This document shows, one piece after another, positions 1 through 6,595 of a DNA stretch of 64,000 nt (position 1 is the first letter of the stretch; each line of letters opens with the position of its first letter). The position numbers and the translations under genes are program-made. The notes under the pieces were generated by a model that did no database searches, was not told the DNA's origin, and saw nothing but the letters and a program-made list of their open reading frames with translations. The DNA is from Lobosporangium transversale (taxonomy: Eukaryota): the NCBI RefSeq assembly GCF_002105155.1, contig NW_019029018.1, forward strand, positions 62,001 through 126,000, read 5' to 3'.

Positions 1-1635
1 AAATGAACACTTGGAAAGCTTGCAAAAGAGGCCTGCCTTGCGTAGGAGCCTAAGAACGTTTCTGATGTCTTGTAGATGTTGCTCTTTGTTATCAGAATAA
101 ATCAGTATATCATCTAGGTAAACTACGGTGCATTTATCCAGCACAGGATCCAACACGTTGCGCATCATGGCTGAAAAGGCGGCAGGTGCGTTGGTGAGTC
201 CGAAAGGGACGACGTTAAACTCATAGTGACCGTAGCGTGTTCGAAATGCCGTTTTATGTCGGTCGTCTGGATGAACGCGCATTTGATGATATCCGGATAG
301 TAAGTCGAGCTTTGTAAAAAATCGTGCTGTCCTGAAACGATCTATTAGTTCGTCGATTCTTGGTAGTGGATGGCGATTCTTACGGGTTATTTTGTTTAAT
401 CCTCTGTAGTCTACGCACATCCTCAGTCCGCCATCCTTCTTTTTAACGAATAAAACTGGCGCTCCGTAGGGTGATGTACTTGGAGAGATGAAGCCTTTGC
501 GCAGTAGTTCTGTGAGTTGTGTTTTTAGTTCGTCTAATTCAGCAATTGATAAGCGAATGACTGGTCTTACAGGTGGATCGGTATTATTTTCAGTCTCGAT
601 TCGCATGCTATCGCCACGATCCTGAGGGAGTCCGTCCGGTAGTGTGTCAGGAAAGAGGTCTGGAAATTCTACTTGGACAATTTGTTGAATCGATTCGGGT
701 AGTGTTGAGTCTAGGTTTGTTGGTGGTGAAGTGGTTCTTACTTGGGCCAAGAATGTTGTCGTTTCGGGTTCTAATGCTAATGCAGCAAAGTTTATGGCAG
801 AAAGGCAATTTTGACGAGCGGAGGAGGAGGTATGCCCTCGACATTCCCATAGTATGTGTTTACCATCGTGTTCAAAGTGTAAATCGTTAGTGCGCCAGTT
901 GATTTGGGGATTGACTGCGGTTAGCCAAGGTTTCCCTAGGATGAGATCATATTTTTTCGAGGGGTAGATGATACTTTGAATCTTTTCACCATAGGAACCA
1001 CGTTCAAGGGTAACAGATGCGGTTCCTGGGGACATGACTGCTGTGCCATTCGGATGAATGATAGGGATAGGGTTCGCGTTGTCTATGATAATGTTATGTT
1101 TTCTGCAAAATTTTGAACTCAATACATTTCCTTCTGCTCCACCATCAATGAGGATTCGCGCAGGGTGTCCGTTGACGGCCCCAATGAAGGTTAGTAGTCG
1201 TCTCGCATTGGTGTAGACAGCGGACAGGGATTGGAGGTGTGTGGCATGACGACGACGACGGGGTGGTTTACTAGCAAGGTGTTCGTGGGAAGTAGAGGGG
1301 GCAGGTGAATTTTCATTTGTGTCTTGGTTTGAAGATGATTTGATTTCAGTGACAGATGACGCGGGATGGGAATCGGGGGAGAGGTGATTTAGGGAATCCG
1401 GAGGAATGGAAGTGGTGTGGTGCAAGGTGCTTTTAGAGGGTAGAGATAAGAGAGAGGATAGAGAAAATATGGGAGGGGAGCGAGAAGGCATAATCATGGA
1501 TTTAGGAGAACTAGAGTTTTTATTACTGTTGTTACTACTTAAATCCATATGACTACGCCCTCTAGAGCCCAGGACTCGAGGGTTGGTGGTGAGAGCGAGG
1601 CTGGCCTGGTCTACAGCTCGCTCTCCTCTTTTCCC
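1..1635 (-). CDS. pol: Gypsy pol (aspartic protease and reverse transcriptase), partial; probably expressed by -1 frameshift from gag
   Basis: Manual translation: GHPARILIDGGAEGN (protease, ~1170-1125); APVLFVKKKDGGLRMCVDYRGLN; YEFNVVPFGLTNAPAAF; YLDD at 120-109. No stop seen in the segments translated; frame is -1 relative to gag. Confidence 0.92.
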
Positions 1636-2582
1636 GAGTCGTCGTAGTCGTCTTGTTGTTCCAGGTTGTTCAAGTTCCTAGTCACGCGGCAGTTCTTGGC
1701 CATGTGTCCCTTCTTTCTGCAGCGAAAGCAAGCGCCTGCGCGGCGCAGTTTTGTTCTGTCATTTTCGGTGAGCTTGGAGAGTGGTCTGTTGTTAGTCGAG
1801 GGGGGGCGATGGAAGTTCGCTAAGCCTGTGGAGTTTGTACTCTGTAGTAGGAAGTTATTGAACATCATCTGCATTGCGTCTAGGTCCATCGGGGTCGGTG
1901 TGGGTTGGCTTGTTTGGCTTGTCATGATGGGGGGTCTAGAGGAATGTAAAATGCTGTGGATCATCGTAGCCTGCTTGATGGCCTGGTTGAGAGTCTGAGG
2001 CTGGCGAAGGAGGACTTCCTTGCTTGTGTCTTCTACAAGGCCGTAGGTATAATGGAGGACAAGCCATGATTCCTCCAGTTTGGGTGTGAGGCGTTGGAGG
2101 CGGCGGAATTTGGCAGTGTATTCCGCTACTGAGGATTTACCTTGTTTTAATTGAACCAGTGCTTTCTGGGCTGAAGAAGCCGTGTCAGGGGGTGTGAAGT
2201 TTTCGATGAATTTACTTCGGAAAGTGTCCCATGGTGTATCAATTGTCATTTCCGAGTCTCGCCACCATGCCTTGGCGTCTCCTTTCAGGTTGACAACGGT
2301 ATATCGGACCCAACGGGAGTGGTTAAGCTCCATGATCTCGAAGTACTCTTCTTGGTTCTCCAAGAAGTTGAGGACCGCGACAGCGTCGACATTTCCCTCG
2401 TATGGTTCTGGTTTGGTAGGTTTTATCACAGCAGCCACCGTGCGGACATGGTCATTAAAGGCGGCAGCGCTAGAAGCACTATCCTGTCGGGATTCGAGGA
2501 AGGTTTGCACAGCGTTCTGCACGGATAGGCTGGTACTGGCATCAAGGTTAAGAGCTTTCAAGGAAGTGGTGAGGTTGTCCAT
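1611..2582 (-). CDS. gag: Gypsy Gag (retrotransposon gag domain and zinc knuckle)
   Basis: 323 aa ORF with LKGDAKAWW, LKQGKSSVAEYTAKF, PTPMDLD and CFRCRKKGHMAKNC. Confidence 0.95.
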   Translation of the reverse strand: MDNLTTSLKALNLDASTSLSVQNAVQTFLESRQDSASSAAAFNDHVRTVAAVIKPTKPEPYEGNVDAVAVLNFLENQEEYFEIMELNHSRWVRYTVVNLKGDAKAWWRDSEMTIDTPWDTFRSKFIENFTPPDTASSAQKALVQLKQGKSSVAEYTAKFRRLQRLTPKLEESWLVLHYTYGLVEDTSKEVLLRQPQTLNQAIKQATMIHSILHSSRPPIMTSQTSQPTPTPMDLDAMQMMFNNFLLQSTNSTGLANFHRPPSTNNRPLSKLTENDRTKLRRAGACFRCRKKGHMAKNCRVTRNLNNLEQQDDYDDSGKEESEL

Positions 2583-2713
2583 GGCAAAAAAAAAAAAAAA
2601 TCAAATGCAGGGGTAAATTTTTAAATTTTATCTAGGAAAATATCAGAGGGATCTAGGGAAAAATATCAGAGGGAAATATAAGCGGTTTCTGGCGGGGTCG
2701 GTGGTTCGATGAA

Positions 2714-2725
2714 CCTTTGCTACCA
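2714..2725 (-). promoter_or_regulatory. Primer binding site, probably initiator tRNA-Met
   Basis: TGGTAGCAAAGG immediately follows the LTR end (...TTTACA) and resembles the complement of the tRNAiMet 3' end (TGGTAGCAGAGG). Confidence 0.75.
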
Positions 2726-2930
2726 TGTAAATAGTAACAATCAAAGGTGATCTTAGGTGGAATCGAAGGTCAAAGGATACTTTATTTGGCTATAACGTAG
2801 TGGACTATTTATACTGATAATTGATAGGGTTGGGGCTTGGTGTCTTGGCACTTGGGCTTGGCGTCTTGGCGCCTGGGGTGCGCGTGATAGTTGAGCCCTC
2901 CTCAAAGGTTTGAGTCAGTATTGTATAACA
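2726..2930 (-). repeat. 5' LTR of gypsy element (~205 bp)
   Basis: TGTTATAC...TTTACA termini, internal TATAAATA and AATAAA, directly upstream of the PBS; partner LTR is outside the window, so the outer boundary is inferred. Confidence 0.65.
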
Positions 2931-4373
2931 CGTTTGCAGAATCAGTTTCACATGTGCCCATTCGGTGGCCAAAGATCTTTATTCTTTTGTGAGCCATAAC
3001 CTTACATCAATAAGTAGTATTCCAACCATGGGCATCACTGACAGCTTGGAGTCTCTTATGGATACCTATGATGAGTTTGCGGCAGAAGTCCACTGGGATC
3101 CTGTACCATTCAACCGATATTCGCTCCCATAGTTCATCACAGCTCTTAGCTCGCTCCGGATACCTAGAGAGCCGCCTATCCAATTCTGCCCACATGTGTT
3201 CAATAGGGTTGAGGTCAGGGGATTGTGCTGGCCACTCTAGAAGTGTACCTTCCTCTTCTGTCAGATGTACTGACTCCAAATACTTCCTAACAATCTTCGC
3301 CGTGTGCTTCGAGTCATTGTCGTGCTGAAAGACGATATCGCTTTTAGTTAGGCCCCAGTCATCAAGCGACATCTGTAGATCCTCCTGCAGTAGTTTGATG
3401 TAAAGTTGTGCGTCCATATTATTGTCAATCTTTGCAATGTATCCAGGTCCGTACCATGAGAAGCATGACCACACTTTAACATTACCACCCCCAAACTTGA
3501 CAGTGCCTTGCACCGACCTGCGAGTGAGGCGTCCCGGATTGTCGTCCCAGATCCACTGCACGCCATCAGAGCAGATTCGGTTTATTTTCGATTCATCTGA
3601 CCAAATAACCTTTTTCCAATCTTCCAGAGTCCATTCCTTATACTTGTTGAGAAAATGCAAACGGGCTTTAATATGCCGTCGACGTAAAGCTGGCTTATGT
3701 ACACGCCTCTTTGCTGTCAATCCTAACTCCTTGAGCCGTCGTCTAACGGTGGTCTCAGAAACAGCCGCTGGTATGAGCTGGTTGGCTCTGACGGTGGCCT
3801 CAACTGCAGACTTGAGTGTACCTCGTTTCATGTTCACCTTAAGATACTGCATGATACCTCTGGGTACTTTCCTTGGTCGACCGCCTTTATTGACTGGCAT
3901 GTACTCCTTATTATGTGCATAGATCCTGGTGGCCGTCGCTATTGATATACCAACACTAGCAGCAGTTTCTCTAGTAGACATGCCTCCCATCATTAACCTC
4001 CTGGCTTCGTTGACTTTCCTTTGTGGAGTGGGTCTCATATTCTGTGAAGGTATAGTTAAGAGAGAGTTAAGCAAGTGTTCATAAAGGAAAGAGAGAAAAG
4101 TCCTTTTTTTACTGGCATTAAATGACGTCCAAAAGTTGTCATGGGCAACATTTTAGACCACATGTGAAACTGATTCAATGACCTGCATGAACAAAAAAGT
4201 CATTAGCTATTCAAATGAGACAAGCTAATGTCACAACGCATCACTATGTCGTAGAAGAAGACGGGAGCTTTATTAAAGCAAAGTATGAGTGGTGTATGCA
4301 TATACGGTTTCTAGGAATGAAAAAAAGAAATGCACATGGGAATGAATTATTGAATCAGTTTTGCATGATAGTG
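2931..4373 (-). mobile_element. Tc1-like DNA transposon A (left end interrupted by the gypsy element)
   Basis: Transposase ORF flanked by a perfect 18-bp inverted motif (2939-2956 and 4159-4176); right terminus ...TGAATCAGTTTTGCATGATAGTG followed by TA at 4374-4375. Confidence 0.75.
3007..4038 (-). CDS. Tc1/mariner-superfamily transposase, intact, DD39E spacing
   Basis: N-terminal HTH, GGRPRK, WSDESK, FQHDND, WPAQSPDLNPIEH; first ATG at 4038. Confidence 0.93.
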   Translation of the reverse strand: MRPTPQRKVNEARRLMMGGMSTRETAASVGISIATATRIYAHNKEYMPVNKGGRPRKVPRGIMQYLKVNMKRGTLKSAVEATVRANQLIPAAVSETTVRRRLKELGLTAKRRVHKPALRRRHIKARLHFLNKYKEWTLEDWKKVIWSDESKINRICSDGVQWIWDDNPGRLTRRSVQGTVKFGGGNVKVWSCFSWYGPGYIAKIDNNMDAQLYIKLLQEDLQMSLDDWGLTKSDIVFQHDNDSKHTAKIVRKYLESVHLTEEEGTLLEWPAQSPDLNPIEHMWAELDRRLSRYPERAKSCDELWERISVEWYRIPVDFCRKLIIGIHKRLQAVSDAHGWNTTY

Positions 4374-4374
4374 T

Positions 4375-5088
4375 ATGAAGGCATATGCTAAACAGAAGCA
4401 GCCTGATCTGAAGAAGGAACATATCCTTGCTCGATATAATTTTGCAAAGGATCACTTGAACTGGACTATAGACGACTGGAAGAATGTCATGTTCTCAGAT
4501 GAGACCATATTCAGCAGGGTTAGGTCCTGTGGAAGAAAGTTCTATTACAAACATCGAGGAGACAAAACTCTACGAGCACATCATATCAAAAAGACAAGGC
4601 AAGGCGGTGGAGGCAAAATGATGTTCTGGGGTTGTATCACATACTACGGACCAGGCGATGGCTGTTGGCTCCCAGGCAAGGTTGATTCGGTAACCTACGT
4701 TGATGTCCTCAAGGATTATATTTTTAAATCCCGGGATTACTATTCAATGGATAAGCACAAATTCATATATCAGCAAGACAATGCTAGGATCCATACTGCA
4801 AAAATTGCAATGGACTATATCAAAAAGTCTAAGATAGCTCTCATGGAATGGCCAGCAAACTCTCCTGACACCAACCCAATAGAAAAAGTATGGGCATATA
4901 TGAAGATGAAGTTGGATCAATATCCAGACAAGCCAAAGAATATGGAGGACCTTTGGGATCGGGTTCAAGACGTATGGGCACAAATCCCTCCTGAATTCTT
5001 GGAAAAGCTATATTGTGACATGCCAAAGAGGATGAGGGAGTTATATAAGGCAAAAGGAGGAAACATCATTAAGACAGAAGAGAAGTAA
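4375..5088 (+). pseudogene. Tc1 transposase B (DD34E), 5' part missing or displaced
   Basis: FSDET, YQQDNARIH, WPANSPDTNPIE; lacks the DNA-binding N-terminus and begins exactly at the TA flanking element A. Confidence 0.88.
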
Positions 5089-5433
5089 CCGAAATAAAGA
5101 GAACAGGAAGTTAAAAATTAACTTAACAGATGCAATAAGGTATTGCAAGCAAATTGCGATTAAATGCTAATTGCGACATTGATGAGGATGGTGATGACAG
5201 TCCATGGAGGTGAGACAAATACGAATGAGAAACAGCGATGACATGGAAGATCATTAGAAAGAAAAAGGAGAATGAGGAATGAATGTCCAAAAGTGCAATT
5301 TATTGCATTAGTACTGAAATGCACCATATATATGTATGAGCGTTGCTTATAGCGACGCCAAGACATAACGCGTCAGGGCGGCGTAGTATATAACATTCTA
5401 AGTTTGGGCAAATCAACAATTATCCTTCATAGT

Positions 5434-5576
5434 CCAGCGACCCTTTCCTGTGTAATCTTTCTCTTTAATAAATCTCGAGCTACAGAACTACCCTTAAACT
5501 AAAAATAAACTTTTTTATTTTTTTTTTTTTTTAAATTCTCTCTGCTGGCTGATCTGGTACTACATCTTTCTTTTTC
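5434..5576 (+). repeat. DIRS left ITR
   Basis: Near-perfect reverse complement of 9574-9712; differences lie in the T/A run. Confidence 0.95.
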
Positions 5577-5611
5577 TCGAGCTTCCGGAACACGTCCATC
5601 TCCATAGAAAA

Positions 5612-6595
5612 ATGAACTTCAACGATAACAATGTCCACAACACATACACTGCTTCTAACTCTACGGACGGCAATCCCGGTCCTTCGATCCTGGAGGGCAA
5701 CCCCGCTCCACCATCCACCCTACCCAGTAACACTTCCCTTCCAGAAAACAGATATGCCCTCCCTCCGGAGATCCTGCAAGCTATCAGTGCTCTCACGCAG
5801 TTCTCCCAGAACGGAGGCGCGTTCCACCAGCCAGACACACCAATCCAAGACCCATTTATGCGTCGCGCGGAGCCCCTGTGCTACCTGGCACCCTACGAGG
5901 ATTTGGAACAGGTCATGCCTTCCCTCAAGAGACGAAAAGAATTCCACACAGTTAAGTTTAATGACGAGGAACAACGTTACTACGACATTAGCCAATTTCC
6001 AAAAGTGGAAGATATGGAATACACACCTCCAGCAATCCCCAAAGAATGGGCTATTTCCGATAGTCTCAAGAATGCTGATCAGAAATTGGTCACACTGGCA
6101 ACAAAAGCAGCACACATTACGAGGCCACTCGCTGCAACAGCGCATGCACTTGTCTCTCAAAACGGTAAGGACGTTCCAGTACTACATATCCTCCGCACCC
6201 TGGATACAGTCCAAACTCAAATATCCATGCTCTGCGAGCAGATCAATAAAATCCGCACTGAAGCATTCTACAAGGAAAAGAAATTTATCACTCCTCCAGA
6301 CACATCGACCAGACGCCAACTGGTCGAAACAGCCGATTTACTTGAACATGCCAAGCTTTCGCAAAATGTCAAGAAATACAGCAATCCTAACCGAGGTAGA
6401 GACTACCGAGGCAGGCAAGGTCGCTTTGGAAACAATTCAGCTACTCAAACACAGCAGTATCAACAAGCGACCCCTCAGACTCAAAGCCAACAAACAACGC
6501 AACCACAGCAAAATAATAATTACGGCTTGGGCGGCCAATTTTTTCGGAGCTCCCCTTCCACACGGGGAAGGGGACAAGGAAGGGGGCGCCAGTAG
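5612..6595 (+). CDS. DIRS ORF1 (Gag-like)
   Basis: 327 aa first ORF after the left ITR, helical core, RG-rich basic C-terminus. Confidence 0.8.
   Translation: MNFNDNNVHNTYTASNSTDGNPGPSILEGNPAPPSTLPSNTSLPENRYALPPEILQAISALTQFSQNGGAFHQPDTPIQDPFMRRAEPLCYLAPYEDLEQVMPSLKRRKEFHTVKFNDEEQRYYDISQFPKVEDMEYTPPAIPKEWAISDSLKNADQKLVTLATKAAHITRPLAATAHALVSQNGKDVPVLHILRTLDTVQTQISMLCEQINKIRTEAFYKEKKFITPPDTSTRRQLVETADLLEHAKLSQNVKKYSNPNRGRDYRGRQGRFGNNSATQTQQYQQATPQTQSQQTTQPQQNNNYGLGGQFFRSSPSTRGRGQGRGRQ

Larger units (their letters stand above)
1..2930 (-). mobile_element. Ty3/gypsy LTR retrotransposon (5' part; continues off the left edge)
   Basis: Order LTR-PBS-gag(CCHC)-protease-RT on the minus strand; PR followed directly by RT is the gypsy order. 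Confidence 0.95.

Noticed and set aside
573..2616. Plus-strand ORFs over the gypsy element
   Set aside because: Antisense shadows of gag/pol with no recognisable motifs
2726..3006. Longer LTR ending at CTTACA (TGTAA...TTACA termini)
   Set aside because: It would include the 18-bp motif at 2939-2956 that mirrors the Tc1-A end; the 2930 boundary fits better. Needs the second LTR to settle
5340..5390. GC-rich patch resembling a Helitron 3' hairpin
   Set aside because: Only ~5 bp of pairing and no clean CTRR terminus
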